64,000 nucleotides of DNA. Origin: Escherichia coli (GTDB lineage: Bacteria > Pseudomonadota > Gammaproteobacteria > Enterobacterales > Enterobacteriaceae). The stretch's first letter is position 1, and each line of letters begins with the position of its first letter. Of this stretch, positions 47,231-60,343 are shown one piece after another. A program made the position numbers and the translations under genes. Below the pieces are notes generated by a model that did not search any database, was not told where the DNA came from, and saw nothing but the letters and a program-made list of their open reading frames with translations. Where the stretch lies: the NCBI RefSeq assembly GCF_030013205.1, contig NZ_CP122648.1; one strand, written 5' to 3'.

Positions 47231-48976
47231 TCACTTTTTCGCCAGCTCCTGGTTTAATGTCCAGAGCTCCAGGCGTTCTTCGTTGCTTAAACCATGCGTG
47301 CGCTCACGAGCGATTAACTCTTCCTGGCGCAGTTCAAGCAGCGAATCAAACATATGGTTGAGTGAGTCGGTGAAGGTTTGCTCAGCAATATTCTTATCTG
47401 CTATATCGTCCCACATCGACAGTTTTTCAAGGGTGGCAGCATTATTTGTACCACGATAGTGCTCTAAAAGTTGCCCGGTGGTCAGACCTGGCTGAGAGAG
47501 ACAAGTGTTGACCAGTTCTCTGAATAAGCCAAGTCCAGGGAGCTTATTTTCATCCAGATTCTCAAGCGGCGGGACCAACGTCGCTAATTCTGGATTTTGC
47601 ACCAGCAACCCTATAAGTATACGCATGGTCGTGCGTTTTAGCTGCGGAACAGGGCGAGAAACGCCGCTCTCTGCCGCTTTTGGCATTAATCGTTCAAGCT
47701 GGCTGTCATCAAGTATGCCTAATTTGTTGCCTAATTCCTGACGAAGATATATTCGCAGCGTTTCGCCCGGCACTTGCGATATCAATGGCAGTGCCAGCGT
47801 ACTCAAACGTGCGCGCCCGTCAGGGGTACTCAGATCAACTTGCGGCATCAGGCTGTTAAACAGAAATGCGGAGAGCGGCATCGCCTGCTCCATCCGCGCT
47901 TCAAACGCTTCTTTACCTTCTTTTCGTACCAGCGTGTCAGGGTCTTCGCCATCCGGCAAAAACATAAAGCGTAGCTGACGACCGTCTGTCATGTAAGGCA
48001 GCGCCGTTTCCAGCGCTCGCCAGGCGGCATCGCGGCCTGCACGGTCGCCGTCATAACAGCAAATGACATTGTTGGTCGCGCGGAACAACAGTTGTATGTG
48101 ATCGGCGGTGGTTGACGTACCTAACGACGCAACGGCGTAATTAATGCCGTATTGCGCCAGCGCCACCACGTCCATATAGCCTTCGACCACAAGCAGACGA
48201 TTGGGTTCAGCGTTATCCTGCTGCGCTTCATAAAGACCGTAAAGCTGGCGGCCTTTATGGAAAATGTCCGTTTCCGGCGAGTTCAGGTATTTGGGGGTAT
48301 CGTTGCCCAGCACGCGTCCGCCAAAACCAATCACCCGACCGCGTTTATCACGAATGGGGAACATCACCCGCTCGCGGAAACGGTCGTAACTGCGCCCCTG
48401 ATCGTTAGTGACCAACATCCCCGCATCAATCAATGACTGGCGATTTTCTGGATTGCCGCCAAACCGCTTCAGGACGTTGTCCCAGCCGGGGGGCGCAAAA
48501 CCAATCGCAAAGCGGGCGATAACCTCGTGGCTTAATCCGCGTTTTTCCAGATACTGGCGCGCAGACGTGGCAACAGGTTGCTGTAAAGATTGTTGGTAAA
48601 ACGTATTCAGACCGTCCATCAACTGATAAAGCGTTTGCCGTTGATGGCGCTCGATCTGGCTGGGGCCGCTACCTGCTTCAAATGGCACTTCAAGATTGTG
48701 CATTGCCGCCAGCTCTTCGACCGTTTCGACGAACTCAAGCTTGTCGTAGTTCATCAGGAAGTCGATCGCGTTGCCGTGCGCGCCACATCCAAAGCAGTGG
48801 TAAAACTGTTTCTCACCGTTAACGGTGAATGATGGGGTTTTCTCGTTGTGGAATGGACAACACGCGTGGAAATTCTTGCCCTGCTTTTTCAGCTTCACAC
48901 GGGCATCGATCAGATCGACGATGTCAGTGCGTGCCAGCAGATCATTAATGAATACGCGTGGGATTCGTCCAGCCAT
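47231..48976 (-). CDS. dnaG: DNA primase DnaG
   Basis: 581-aa ORF with zinc-ribbon N-terminus CPFHNEKTPSFTVNGEKQFYHCFGCGAHGN. Confidence 0.95.
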   Translation of the reverse strand: MAGRIPRVFINDLLARTDIVDLIDARVKLKKQGKNFHACCPFHNEKTPSFTVNGEKQFYHCFGCGAHGNAIDFLMNYDKLEFVETVEELAAMHNLEVPFEAGSGPSQIERHQRQTLYQLMDGLNTFYQQSLQQPVATSARQYLEKRGLSHEVIARFAIGFAPPGWDNVLKRFGGNPENRQSLIDAGMLVTNDQGRSYDRFRERVMFPIRDKRGRVIGFGGRVLGNDTPKYLNSPETDIFHKGRQLYGLYEAQQDNAEPNRLLVVEGYMDVVALAQYGINYAVASLGTSTTADHIQLLFRATNNVICCYDGDRAGRDAAWRALETALPYMTDGRQLRFMFLPDGEDPDTLVRKEGKEAFEARMEQAMPLSAFLFNSLMPQVDLSTPDGRARLSTLALPLISQVPGETLRIYLRQELGNKLGILDDSQLERLMPKAAESGVSRPVPQLKRTTMRILIGLLVQNPELATLVPPLENLDENKLPGLGLFRELVNTCLSQPGLTTGQLLEHYRGTNNAATLEKLSMWDDIADKNIAEQTFTDSLNHMFDSLLELRQEELIARERTHGLSNEERLELWTLNQELAKK

Positions 48977-49086
48977 AGGCCCCGATTTTTAGCAATTCAT
49001 AAACGAAAATAAGCCGCGCATTCCTTTCGGAAGCACGGCCTTACAACTACAACTCGGTCTGATCGGAGAGCAACGCTCTCGGGGAA

Positions 49087-49341
<255 letters not shown>

Positions 49342-49539
49342 TCAACGCCAGCTTATTTCAAAATGGTGCGGAATTTTACTGCAATTGCTGCTGCTTTGTA
49401 AAGCACCGCGGCCTTTTTTGAAAGGGACTTTTATAAGGGTGAGGAGTATACACGAGGCTTTCTCCAGGGGCGAACAAAGTTTTACATCAACCCGCATTAG
49501 TCCTACACTGCGCGGTAATAAAGCGAGGTAAAACAAGTC

Positions 49540-50553
49540 ATGCGTGTACTGGGTATTGAAACTTCCTGCGATGAAACCGGCATCGCCATTTACGACGATG
49601 AAAAAGGTTTGTTAGCCAACCAATTGTATAGTCAGGTGAAATTGCACGCTGACTACGGCGGCGTCGTGCCTGAACTGGCCTCCCGCGATCACGTGCGTAA
49701 AACCGTACCGTTGATCCAGGCGGCGCTAAAGGAGTCTGGTTTAACGGCAAAAGACATTGATGCTGTGGCCTATACCGCAGGCCCTGGATTAGTCGGCGCG
49801 CTGCTGGTTGGCGCGACCGTGGGGCGTTCTCTGGCGTTTGCCTGGGACGTTCCGGCGATCCCGGTACACCATATGGAAGGGCATCTGTTAGCGCCGATGC
49901 TGGAAGATAACCCACCGGAATTTCCGTTTGTGGCGCTGCTGGTTTCCGGCGGTCATACGCAGTTAATCAGCGTGACTGGCATTGGTCAGTACGAGCTGCT
50001 CGGCGAGTCTATCGATGATGCGGCTGGTGAAGCGTTTGATAAAACCGCGAAGCTGCTGGGGCTGGATTATCCTGGCGGGCCATTACTGTCGAAAATGGCG
50101 GCTCAGGGTACAGCCGGGCGCTTTGTCTTCCCGCGCCCGATGACCGACCGTCCAGGGCTGGATTTCAGCTTTTCTGGTCTGAAAACCTTCGCGGCAAATA
50201 CCATTCGTGATAACGGCACCGACGACCAGACGCGTGCTGATATCGCCCGCGCCTTTGAAGATGCGGTGGTCGATACGTTGATGATTAAGTGTAAGCGAGC
50301 GCTGGATCAGACGGGCTTTAAGCGACTGGTAATGGCAGGCGGCGTGAGTGCTAACCGCACGTTACGGGCGAAGCTGGCTGAAATGATGAAAAAACGCCGT
50401 GGCGAAGTGTTCTACGCGCGTCCGGAATTTTGTACTGATAACGGCGCGATGATCGCCTATGCCGGAATGGTGCGGTTTAAAGCAGGCGCGACGGCGGATC
50501 TCGGCGTTAGCGTGCGTCCGCGCTGGCCGCTGGCGGAGTTACCGGCTGCGTAA
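49540..50553 (+). CDS. tsaD: tRNA N6-threonylcarbamoyladenosine synthase TsaD (YgjD)
   Basis: 337-aa [36 protein letters not shown]... Confidence 0.95.
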
Positions 50554-50595
50554 AACTATTGGGTGCCGGAGAGTCACTTCCGGCACCGTCCTCAC

Positions 50596-52059
50596 TTAAA
50601 GCAACACCACGGGCATCCACAGTAAGCCGGTAATCACCAGCAATACGAGGAATATCAGCCCAAAAATCGCCCCCAGTCGCCAGTAATCCGCCGTTGGCAG
50701 ATAACCACTGCCGTAGTAAATCGGACTGGGGCCGGTGGCGTATGGTGTAAGAATGCTCCCCAGACCAATTGCCGCACCAACCATCAGGCAGAACACCGGC
50801 AGCGGGATTTCCGGCATCGCCAGCGCAGCGGCAATCATCATCGGTGCGAGGGCGGAGGTATACGCCGTGGCGCTGGCAAAGAAGTAGCGCAGCAGATAAA
50901 AGACCACAATCAACGCCACCATCACCATCGTTGGCGAATAACCGTTTAAGCTGCCTGCTAACAGTTTGCCAAACCAGCTAATAAAACCGGTGTTGTTGAG
51001 TCCGGTAGCGAGGGTGATAAGCGAGGCCAGCCAGAAGAAAACGTTCCACGCCGCTTTATTACTGACAATGTCGTCCCAACTGATAATGCGCAGAAGCAGC
51101 ATCAGTGCCACCACGCTGTAACCGACCATCGCGGCATCGATATAATCACCGCCGAAAATCCACAGCACCAGTGCGCCTACCATCAGCCCCAGCATCCGTT
51201 TTTCACGAGAACAGAGCGGGCCCATTGCCTGCAGTTCCGTCTCTGCCCAGCGCGGCACCTGATCACCAGACTTCAGTACCGGCGGGTACAGCACGTAAGC
51301 CAGCCAGGGAACCAGCAGAACCAGTAAAATACTGAGCGGCAACATCCCGAGGAACCAGTCGCCCCAGCTCAGCGTGGCGTGAGATGCGCTTTTCATCAGT
51401 CCAATTAACAGCAAATTTGGAGCCATCGCCGTCAGGAAAATGGCGCTGGTCACGCAGTCGGCAATAATCCCCATCCACATGATGTACGAGCCAATGCTGC
51501 GCGAACTGCTGTCGTTTGGTTGTGATTGATAGAGCGGTGGCAGGTTACGGATGATGGGATAGATAATCCCCGCACCGCGCGCCGAGTTGGACGGTGTTAC
51601 AGGTGCGAGGATCAGCTCGGAGAACATCACCGCATAGCCGAGAAACAGCGTACGATGCCCCATCTTTTTCACCAGAATCAGCGCGATACGTCGCCCCAGC
51701 CCGGTTTTTTCATAGCCTGTGCCAAACATAAAGGCGGCGAAAATCAGCCAGATAACCGAATTAGAAAAACCAGAAACCGCCCAGGAGAGGGATTTGGCGG
51801 TGAACTTAAAACCTGGCTGGGCGAGCTGCTCCGGGCTAAACAGCAGCCACGGCGAGAGAATGGCGATAATGGAGATACCCACCATCGCCACCACGGCACC
51901 CGGCACGGGTTCGAGGATCAGTCCAACGATCACGCCAGTAAAAACGGCAAAGTAGAGCCAGGTATGACTCTCCAGCCCTGCGGGAACCGGAATTAGAGCA
52001 ATAATGGCGATGACCGCCAGCGGCGCAAGGTATCGCCACCATTCAGTGGAAGGTTTCAT
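50596..52059 (-). CDS. ttdT: L-tartrate/succinate antiporter TtdT
   Basis: 487-aa multi-TM ORF at conserved position next to ttdAB. Confidence 0.85.
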   Translation of the reverse strand: MKPSTEWWRYLAPLAVIAIIALIPVPAGLESHTWLYFAVFTGVIVGLILEPVPGAVVAMVGISIIAILSPWLLFSPEQLAQPGFKFTAKSLSWAVSGFSNSVIWLIFAAFMFGTGYEKTGLGRRIALILVKKMGHRTLFLGYAVMFSELILAPVTPSNSARGAGIIYPIIRNLPPLYQSQPNDSSSRSIGSYIMWMGIIADCVTSAIFLTAMAPNLLLIGLMKSASHATLSWGDWFLGMLPLSILLVLLVPWLAYVLYPPVLKSGDQVPRWAETELQAMGPLCSREKRMLGLMVGALVLWIFGGDYIDAAMVGYSVVALMLLLRIISWDDIVSNKAAWNVFFWLASLITLATGLNNTGFISWFGKLLAGSLNGYSPTMVMVALIVVFYLLRYFFASATAYTSALAPMMIAAALAMPEIPLPVFCLMVGAAIGLGSILTPYATGPSPIYYGSGYLPTADYWRLGAIFGLIFLVLLVITGLLWMPVVLL

Positions 52060-52107
52060 CGTGTTATGCCTGCGAAAAAGGAGAGGGGGTGAGCCTCTCC
52101 GGGAGGG

Positions 52108-52713
52108 TTATTTGATGTAGTGGACGTGCTCGCAAATCTCTTCCACGATGGGATCGCGGCGTTCGGCGAACAGCTTTTTGTTTTCGGCTATCAGGTTGTT
52201 GCCGTGGGTATCAATAGAGACAATCAGCGGACCGAACTCTTTGACCCGGCAGACCCACAGCGACTCCGGCATCCCGAGTTCTGTCCAGTGCACCTCTTCA
52301 ATCTCTTCCACCTGGGTTGCCGCCAGTACTGCGCAGCCTGCCGGGAAAATCACATGCAGCGCCTTGAATTTCTGGCAGCCTTCTTCGGTCAGCGGCCCCA
52401 TTCCGCCTTTGCCGACCACCAGTTTCACGCCGGTCTGTTCGATAAATTCACGTTCAAAACTTTCCATACGCATACTGGTTGTCGGGCCGACGGATACCAT
52501 CTCCCATTTGTCGCCGTTTTTGCGCACGATGGGGCCAGCGTGGAAAATCGCTTTGCCGTTGAGATCGTAAGGGATCGGACGTTTGAGTTCGATCAAGCGA
52601 CGGTGGCAAACGTCACGGCAGGTCACCAGCGTACCGGTCAGGTAGATCACATCGCCGACGCGAATATCTTGCAGATCTTCAGCTTTGATCGGGGTTGTCA
52701 GGATCTTTTTCAT
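52108..52713 (-). CDS. ttdB: L(+)-tartrate dehydratase beta subunit TtdB
   Basis: 201-aa [37 protein letters not shown]..., stop overlaps ttdA. Confidence 0.9.
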
Positions 52714-53621
52714 AACGCGCTCCGGGTGTGAGACAGATTTTCAAAGGAGAGATCGGCATGAACCAGCAGTGTGCCGCGACGATGCGCCCAGCAGCCTGTA
52801 GAAACAGCAACGCCGATGGTTGACGGATGGCGGGCGGCAGATTCGATATGCACGCCCATCACTGAACTGTTGCCAGTCAGCCCTTGTGGACCAATCCCCA
52901 GACGGTTGAGTCCTTCTTCCAGGCGTACTTCCAGCTCTGCCGCTTTTGGATTTGGATGGCGGCTGCCAATCGGGCGCAAAATGGCTTTTCGCGAGAGCAC
53001 GGCGGCGGTTTCCACCGAGGTGGCGATGCCCACGCCCACCAGTACCGGTGGACAGGCGTTTACGGCGAGGGTGGAGATATTTTCGAAGACGAATTTCACT
53101 ACGCCTTCGTAGCCTTCCGACGGCATTAACACTTTCGAGCGGCCTGGTAGCGTGCAGCCGCCGCCTGCCATGTAAACTTCGATTTCCGCATCGTCATTGT
53201 CGGGGATGATGTCCCAGGTGACCCACGGTACGCCGCTACCGGTATTTTTGCCGGTATTTACTTCGTCAAAAATTTCTACCGCATTGTGACGCAGTGGCGC
53301 TTTGACGGTTGCCTCTTCCACGGCTTGTTTGAGTATGCTTTGCAGCTCGCCAAGCAGTGGGAAGCGGGAACCGACTTTAACGAAGAACATAATCTCCCCG
53401 GTGTCCTGACAGGCAGGACGATTCAGGTCAATCGCTTTTTGCATGTTGTCGAACATCGTATGGTAGATAATTTTCCCCATCGACGACGTTTCGGCATCCT
53501 TTAGCTGTTTTAGTTTATCCACCACGTCATCAGGCATTCGGGTAGAAATCATGGCGGTAAAGTTAGCGACAATCTCCGTCAACTTATTCACTGCCTGTTG
53601 CTTATTACTTTCGCTCATCAT
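52710..53621 (-). CDS. ttdA: L(+)-tartrate dehydratase alpha subunit TtdA
   Basis: ORF 52710..53675; recognised start at internal [21 protein letters not shown] (303 aa). Confidence 0.9.
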
Positions 53622-53827
53622 GGCAACTCCAGTTTCTTTATTTGTCTGGAAAAATTCACCGCAACAAACTACCACTAAAAATGTGGTTTTATATTTTTTG
53701 CCACCGTGAATATGTAATTAACAGTTCGTGAATCAACGCGAAAATAAGAATGAATATTGCGCCAGAGCAGGGAATGGCAATGTTTTGCGAAATACACTGC
53801 GCTTATCACAACTGCGGATAATTAACG

Positions 53828-54760
53828 ATGCTGAATAGCTGGCCTTTAGCCAAAGACTTGCAGGTACTGGTAGAAATCGTCCACAGCGGGAGTTTTAGTG
53901 CTGCAGCGGCGACGCTTGGGCAAACGCCTGCATTTGTCACCAAGCGGATCCAAATCCTTGAAAATACGCTGGCAACAACGCTGTTGAACCGCTCCGCCCG
54001 CGGCGTGGCGCTGACTGAAAGTGGCCAACGTTGTTACGAGCATGCGCTGGAAATCCTCACCCAATATCAGCGACTGGTCGATGACGTCACGCAAATCAAA
54101 ACGCGCCCGGAGGGGATGATTCGTATTGGCTGTAGTTTTGGTTTTGGGCGCAGCCATATTGCGCCAGCTATTACCGAACTGATGCGCAATTATCCTGAGT
54201 TACAGGTGCATTTTGAATTGTTCGATCGGCAAATTGATTTAGTGCAGGATAATATTGATCTGGATATTCGGATTAATGACGAAATTCCTGATTATTATAT
54301 TGCGCATCTGTTAACGAAAAATAAACGAATATTATGCGCAGCACCTGAGTATCTGCAAAAATATCCGCAGCCACAATCCTTACAGGAATTAAGTCGTCAT
54401 GATTGTCTGGTGACCAAAGAGCGCGATATGACCCACGGAATATGGGAGTTGGGGAACGGTCAGGAGAAAAAATCGGTGAAGGTAAGCGGGCACCTTTCCT
54501 CCAATAGCGGTGAGATTGTGCTGCAATGGGCGCTGGAAGGAAAAGGAATTATGCTGCGTTCTGAGTGGGATGTTTTACCGTTTCTGGAGAGTGGCAAACT
54601 GGTGCGAGTATTGCCGGAGTATGCACAAAGCGCCAATATCTGGGCTGTTTACCGGGAGCCGCTCTATCGCAGCATGAAATTACGTGTCTGCGTGGAATTT
54701 CTGGCGGCATGGTGCCAGCAACGGCTGGGCAAGCCCGACGAAGGCTATCAGGTTATGTAG
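53828..54760 (+). CDS. ttdR: LysR-family transcriptional activator TtdR
   Basis: 310-aa ORF with LysR-type HTH N-terminus; divergent from ttdA. Confidence 0.9.
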   Translation: MLNSWPLAKDLQVLVEIVHSGSFSAAAATLGQTPAFVTKRIQILENTLATTLLNRSARGVALTESGQRCYEHALEILTQYQRLVDDVTQIKTRPEGMIRIGCSFGFGRSHIAPAITELMRNYPELQVHFELFDRQIDLVQDNIDLDIRINDEIPDYYIAHLLTKNKRILCAAPEYLQKYPQPQSLQELSRHDCLVTKERDMTHGIWELGNGQEKKSVKVSGHLSSNSGEIVLQWALEGKGIMLRSEWDVLPFLESGKLVRVLPEYAQSANIWAVYREPLYRSMKLRVCVEFLAAWCQQRLGKPDEGYQVM

Positions 54761-54772
54761 ATCCACCAGAAA

Positions 54773-55390
54773 TCACTCGGGATCCTTTTCGCGCTTTCTT
54801 TTGAATTTCGTCCAGATTTTTGTCTCCTGACGACGCCACAGACGCTGGATGTTGTCATGATGACGCAGCAGGATCAGGCAAGAGAGCATCGAAACCGGGA
54901 AGGTGAATTGTGGCTTAAACCTCCAGACATAAAACGGAGCAATCAGTGCGCTTACAATCGCTCCCAGCGACGAGTATCCGCTCAATAGCACGGTCAGTAA
55001 CCAGGTTCCCGCCATTACTCCGGTGAGATCCCAGCCAATTGGTGCGATGGCACCAAAAGCGGTAGCAACGCCTTTTCCTCCTTTAAAACCGAAGAAAACG
55101 GGCCAGATGTGTCCAAGGCAGGCGGCGATGGCAATTAAGCCTAGCCAGAAGGGGCTGACACCTAATTCATACGCACCCCAGACGGGCAACATTCCTTTCA
55201 GAACGTCGAAAATCAGTACTGCTACGGCTGCTCCCTTGCCACCGATACGTAACACATTGGTTGCGCCTGGATTGCCGGAGCCGCTGGTTCGCGGATCGGG
55301 CAGCCCACACAAGCGGCAAACCAGAATGGCACTGGAAATGGAGCCGCAGAGGTACGCGATGAGGATCATTCCAGGCGCGATTGCACTCAT
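54773..55390 (-). CDS. plsY: Glycerol-3-phosphate acyltransferase PlsY
   Basis: 205-aa multi-[56 protein letters not shown]. Confidence 0.9.
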   Translation of the reverse strand: MSAIAPGMILIAYLCGSISSAILVCRLCGLPDPRTSGSGNPGATNVLRIGGKGAAVAVLIFDVLKGMLPVWGAYELGVSPFWLGLIAIAACLGHIWPVFFGFKGGKGVATAFGAIAPIGWDLTGVMAGTWLLTVLLSGYSSLGAIVSALIAPFYVWRFKPQFTFPVSMLSCLILLRHHDNIQRLWRRQETKIWTKFKRKREKDPE

Positions 55391-55494
55391 AAGCTGTTCC
55401 GTTTTGAAAATTCGTGTTCAACGATGAATCTGTGGATAATACGCACATTTCGCCGGAAGTGGTATCCGGTTAGCCAAAAAGCAGGCAGGACGTG

Positions 55495-55863
55495 ATGGAT
55501 ATTGTATTTATAGAGCAACTTTCGGTAATCACCACCATTGGTGTTTACGACTGGGAACAGACCATCGAACAGAAGTTAGTGTTCGATATCGAAATGGCGT
55601 GGGATAACCGTAAAGCGGCGAAAAGTGATAATGTGGCGGATTGCCTCAGTTACGCTGACATTGCAGAAACGGTAGTCAGCCACGTCGAGGGGGCGCGTTT
55701 TGCGCTGGTGGAACGTGTGGCGGAAGAGGTGGCGGAGCTGCTGTTAGCACGCTTCAACTCGCCGTGGGTGCGTATCAAACTCAGCAAGCCAGGCGCAGTG
55801 GCGCGGGCGGCGAATGTTGGCGTCATCATTGAGCGTGGCAATAATCTGAAAGAAAATAATTAA
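55495..55863 (+). CDS. folB: Dihydroneopterin aldolase FolB
   Basis: ORF 55492..55863; MDIVFIEQLSVITTIGVYDWEQTIEQKLVFDIEMAWD... (start at second Met). Confidence 0.9.
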   Translation: MDIVFIEQLSVITTIGVYDWEQTIEQKLVFDIEMAWDNRKAAKSDNVADCLSYADIAETVVSHVEGARFALVERVAEEVAELLLARFNSPWVRIKLSKPGAVARAANVGVIIERGNNLKENN

Positions 55864-55953
55864 TTTTACAGCTGTTAAACCAAACGGTTATAACCTGGTC
55901 ATACTGCAGTAGTTCGGACAAGCGTTACATTTTTATAATTTAGGGGTTTATTG

Positions 55954-56775
55954 ATGAGCGATATGCACTCGCTGCTGATAGCGGCAATATTGGGTGTGGT
56001 CGAAGGATTGACAGAATTTCTGCCGGTATCCAGCACGGGCCATATGATTATTGTCGGTCACTTGTTGGGGTTTGAGGGCGACACGGCGAAAACCTTTGAA
56101 GTCGTGATCCAGTTAGGATCAATTCTGGCAGTGGTTGTCATGTTCTGGCGACGTCTGTTTGGCCTTATTGGTATTCACTTTGGTCGCCCGTTGCAGCACG
56201 AAGGAGAAAGCAAAGGCCGTTTAACGCTGATCCACATTCTGCTTGGCATGATCCCAGCGGTAGTACTGGGGCTATTGTTCCACGACACGATTAAATCATT
56301 GTTTAACCCGATAAATGTGATGTATGCACTGGTCGTTGGCGGTCTGTTGCTGATTGCCGCTGAATGCCTGAAGCCGAAAGAGCCGCGTGCGCCGGGTCTT
56401 GATGATATGACCTATCGTCAGGCGTTTATGATTGGCTGTTTCCAGTGTCTGGCGCTGTGGCCGGGTTTCTCCCGTTCCGGGGCGACCATTTCAGGTGGGA
56501 TGCTGATGGGGGTGAGCCGTTACGCTGCTTCCGAGTTTTCGTTCCTGCTGGCGGTGCCGATGATGATGGGCGCAACGGCGCTCGATCTCTACAAAAGCTG
56601 GGGCTTCCTGACAACCGGCGATATCCCGATGTTTGCCGTTGGGTTTATCACCGCTTTTGTGGTGGCGCTGATAGCGATTAAAACCTTCCTGCAATTGATT
56701 AAGCGCATTTCGTTTATCCCGTTCGCCATTTATCGCTTTATTGTGGCGGCTGCGGTGTATGTCGTGTTCTTTTGA
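55954..56775 (+). CDS. uppP: Undecaprenyl-diphosphatase UppP (BacA)
   Basis: ORF 55951..56775; [40 protein letters not shown]..., multi-TM. Confidence 0.9.
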
Positions 56776-56855
56776 TTGAGGAATAGTGTCGGATATGACG
56801 CTTGTGCGTCTTATCCGACCTGGCCGGTGTTTGCAATAAATTGAAATTCAAGTGC

Positions 56856-58094
56856 TTAATCAGGCTTTGGACAACGTTGTTCCTTCCAGCTGGCTACCGC
56901 CGCAATCCGCCGTCGGGTCAGCTCCTCGCGAATCTCCGCACCTTTAAATCCCGCTTCAACGACGGCTTTTGTCGGCACTGACTGTGCCACTTCCCAGGCT
57001 TCGCGCAACCAGCGGCCTTGCGGGTAGTCCGCTGATTCAAAACCGGTTCTGCCGCGCACATCAGCCTCGCTGGTCAGCGCCAGTTGCTCGACACGCTGCG
57101 GTTTACGCCAGGCGTCGATGGAATCAAACAATTTGACGATGGTTTTTGGGTTCAGCATTGGGAAGGTGTGGATGAGATCGTGAAACTCAGCCACCAGTCT
57201 GGCTAAATCGCGAATTTCATTTGGCACGCGCAGACGCTGACAGAGTTGTTCCACTAACTTAACACCCGCCGGGCCATGACCATGATGACGCGGCCAAAGT
57301 TCTGGTGGCGTCAGTCCTTTACCGAGATCGTGGCATAAAGTTGCGAAACGGACATCGACCTGCGGACTTAGCATCGCCGCCATTGAGAGCGTCATTAAGG
57401 TGTGAATACCGGTGTCGATTTCCGGATGCCACCTGGCAGGGGCCGGAACGCCAAACAGGGCGTCAATTTCCGGGAATAAAACGCGTAGTGCACCACAATC
57501 GCGCAGTACCTGGAAGAACACCTGGGGATTGCGGGTGGTGAGGGCACTTTCCGTCTCTTTCCATACCCGTTCAGGCGTCAGGTGTTCCAGTTCACCCGCA
57601 TGGGTCATCTCGCGCATCAGTGCCAGAGTTTCATCGGCAATACGAAAACCGAGGTGGGCATAACGCGCAGCAAAACGCGCCACGCGCAATACGCGTAACG
57701 GATCTTCGCCAAAAGCGGGGGAAACATGGCGCAACAGACGATTTTGCAGATCGCCCAGACCGTTGTACGGGTCGATAATCTCGCCGTTATCGTCCTGGGC
57801 CAGCGCATTAATGGTCAGATCGCGACGCTTAAGATCATCTTCCAGCGTGACATCCGGTGCGGCATAGCAGGTAAAACCGGTGTAACCGGAACCGGATTTC
57901 CGTTCAGTACGTGCCAGCGCATACTCTTCATGCGTTTGCGGATGCAGAAAAACAGGAAAATCGCGGCCTACCTGCTGGTAGCCCGCGTCGAGCATCTCCT
58001 GTGGCGTACTGCCGACCACCACCCAATCTCTGTCTTTGACCGGTAGCCCTAACAATGCATCCCGAACAGCACCACCGACCAGATAAATCTTCAC
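56856..58094 (-). CDS. cca: CCA tRNA nucleotidyltransferase / phosphohydrolase Cca
   Basis: 412-aa [31 protein letters not shown]... with C-terminal HD domain. Confidence 0.9.
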   Translation of the reverse strand: MKIYLVGGAVRDALLGLPVKDRDWVVVGSTPQEMLDAGYQQVGRDFPVFLHPQTHEEYALARTERKSGSGYTGFTCYAAPDVTLEDDLKRRDLTINALAQDDNGEIIDPYNGLGDLQNRLLRHVSPAFGEDPLRVLRVARFAARYAHLGFRIADETLALMREMTHAGELEHLTPERVWKETESALTTRNPQVFFQVLRDCGALRVLFPEIDALFGVPAPARWHPEIDTGIHTLMTLSMAAMLSPQVDVRFATLCHDLGKGLTPPELWPRHHGHGPAGVKLVEQLCQRLRVPNEIRDLARLVAEFHDLIHTFPMLNPKTIVKLFDSIDAWRKPQRVEQLALTSEADVRGRTGFESADYPQGRWLREAWEVAQSVPTKAVVEAGFKGAEIREELTRRRIAAVASWKEQRCPKPD

Positions 58095-58157
58095 GCCATC
58101 ATCCCTTCGTCAAATACACAATTCCTAATAATAAGACAGTGCAACGAAGAAGGCGAT

Positions 58158-58778
58158 TTAGTTCATCCAGCGATCTTTGCGTTTGCGGCTTGGGATCAGG
58201 TGCGGCAGTACCAGACCGAGCAGCAAGCCAAGCCCCAGCACGCCGCCGCCATACATAAACCATTGCATGATGATGGTGCGCTGTTTGTCATCCAGCTGTA
58301 CGCTGGCGGCATCGACCTTTTTCTGCGCGACAATCAGCTCGTTTTTCAGTTTCTGATTTTCTTCTTTTAACCCGTTGATCACGCTGTCGCTCTGCGCCAC
58401 TTTTTGCTGCATTTCTGCGGTGCGCTGATTCCAGGTGTTATCGATATTGGTGAGTTTATCGGTCAGGGTTTTGACCTGATTTTCCAGATCTGGCACACGG
58501 GAGCGCAGGCTTGGCTCAGTGCTAAGTTGTTTCAACGGGATCCAGGCGGTACGGCCAGAGCTGTCTTTCACCTGGGCATAATTGGTGTTGGCGTCAGTTT
58601 GTAATAAGGTCACTTCCTCGCCGGCATTAACCGTGCCCACGAGGCGATAATGATCTCCCGGACCGCTACGGACCCAGGTATTCAGTTCGTCGGAAACATA
58701 GCGCGTTTCTTCAGCGTGTGAGACGGCAGTGGCGCTAAGTGCGAGTAAAGTTAATCCGATCAGGCGTAATTTTGGCAT
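58158..58778 (-). CDS. ygiM: SH3-domain membrane protein YgiM
   Basis: 206-aa ORF with signal peptide MPKLRLIGLTLLALSATAVSHA, coiled-coil middle, C-terminal TM. Confidence 0.85.
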   Translation of the reverse strand: MPKLRLIGLTLLALSATAVSHAEETRYVSDELNTWVRSGPGDHYRLVGTVNAGEEVTLLQTDANTNYAQVKDSSGRTAWIPLKQLSTEPSLRSRVPDLENQVKTLTDKLTNIDNTWNQRTAEMQQKVAQSDSVINGLKEENQKLKNELIVAQKKVDAASVQLDDKQRTIIMQWFMYGGGVLGLGLLLGLVLPHLIPSRKRKDRWMN

Positions 58779-59019
58779 CAGGCTGTCGTTATTGTCATGG
58801 AAAGTGGAACGATAGTAGTGGCATCAGTGTCGCTACGCAAAGCATTCGACATCAATCGGAATCCTCTGTGTCAGGTCTTGCCACTGCTTCAAACTTTTAC
58901 GCCCGTCAAATTGCCCGTTGCATGGCAATTTGGCGCAAAATACTATCTACTGACAAAAAAGATCGCATTAAGTTCGCCGTTCATCGTCACTTATGTGACA
59001 TAACCGATAAGTAAAGGCC

Positions 59020-60321
59020 ATGGCTCAGGAAATCGAATTAAAGTTTATTGTTAATCACAGTGCCGTTGAGGCGTTGCGTGACCATCTCAATACGCTGGGC
59101 GGCGAGCACCATGACCCCGTGCAGTTGTTGAATATTTACTACGAAACGCCGGATAACTGGCTGCGTGGGCACGACATGGGCTTGCGTATTCGTGGCGAAA
59201 ACGGTCGCTATGAGATGACCATGAAAGTTGCAGGAAGAGTGACAGGCGGCTTACACCAGCGCCCGGAATATAACGTGGCGTTGAGCGAACCGACGCTCGA
59301 CCTGGCGCAGTTACCGACGGAAGTCTGGCCGAACGGCGAATTGCCTGCCGATCTCGCTTCCCGCGTACAACCGCTGTTCAGCACCGATTTTTATCGCGAA
59401 AAGTGGCTGGTAGAGGTTGATGGTAGCCAAATTGAAATCGCCCTCGACCAGGGGGAAGTGAAAGCGGGTGAATTTGCTGAACCTATCTGCGAGCTGGAAC
59501 TGGAACTGCTTAGCGGCGACACGCGCGCGGTGCTGAAACTGGCGAACCAACTGGTATCGCAAACCGGATTACGCCAGGGCAGCCTGAGCAAAGCGGCGCG
59601 TGGCTATCATCTGGCGCAGGGCAATCCGGCGCGTGAAATCAAACCGACCACCATTTTGCATGTTGCGGCAAAAGCCGATGTGGAACAGGGGCTGGAAGCG
59701 GCGTTCGAGCTGGCGTTAGCGCAATGGCAGTATCATGAAGAACTGTGGGTACGCGGCAACGATGCGGCGAAAGAACAGGTGCTGGCAGCCATTAGCCTGG
59801 TCCGTCATACGCTGATGCTGTTCGGTGGTATTGTGCCGCGTAAAGCGAGCACTCACTTACGTGATTTGCTGACCCAATGCGAAGCGACCATTGCTTCTGC
59901 GGTTTCTGCCGTGACGGCGGTCTACTCTACCGAAACGGCAATGGCGAAGCTGGCGTTGACCGAATGGTTGGTAAGCAAAGCATGGCAGCCATTTTTAGAT
60001 GCCAAAGCGCAGAGTAAAATGAGCGATTCCTTCAAACGCTTTGCCGATATCCATCTTTCCCGCCATGCCGCTGAACTGAAAAGCGTTTTCTGCCAGCCGT
60101 TGGGCGATCGCTACCGTGACCAGTTGCCACGCCTGACGCGTGATATTGACTCAATCCTGTTGCTGGCGGGTTACTACGATCCTGTCGTCGCGCAAGCCTG
60201 GCTGGAGAACTGGCAGGGGCTGCGTCACGCTATTGCGACCGGGCAACGCATCGAAATTGAACATTTCCGTAATGAGGCAAACAATCAGGAACCGTTCTGG
60301 TTGCACAGCGGAAAACGTTAA
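59020..60321 (+). CDS. ygiF: Inorganic triphosphatase YgiF (CYTH domain)
   Basis: 433-aa [61 protein letters not shown]. Confidence 0.9.
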   Translation: MAQEIELKFIVNHSAVEALRDHLNTLGGEHHDPVQLLNIYYETPDNWLRGHDMGLRIRGENGRYEMTMKVAGRVTGGLHQRPEYNVALSEPTLDLAQLPTEVWPNGELPADLASRVQPLFSTDFYREKWLVEVDGSQIEIALDQGEVKAGEFAEPICELELELLSGDTRAVLKLANQLVSQTGLRQGSLSKAARGYHLAQGNPAREIKPTTILHVAAKADVEQGLEAAFELALAQWQYHEELWVRGNDAAKEQVLAAISLVRHTLMLFGGIVPRKASTHLRDLLTQCEATIASAVSAVTAVYSTETAMAKLALTEWLVSKAWQPFLDAKAQSKMSDSFKRFADIHLSRHAAELKSVFCQPLGDRYRDQLPRLTRDIDSILLLAGYYDPVVAQAWLENWQGLRHAIATGQRIEIEHFRNEANNQEPFWLHSGKR

Positions 60322-60343
60322 TCAGGCAAGGATAAAATCGCTT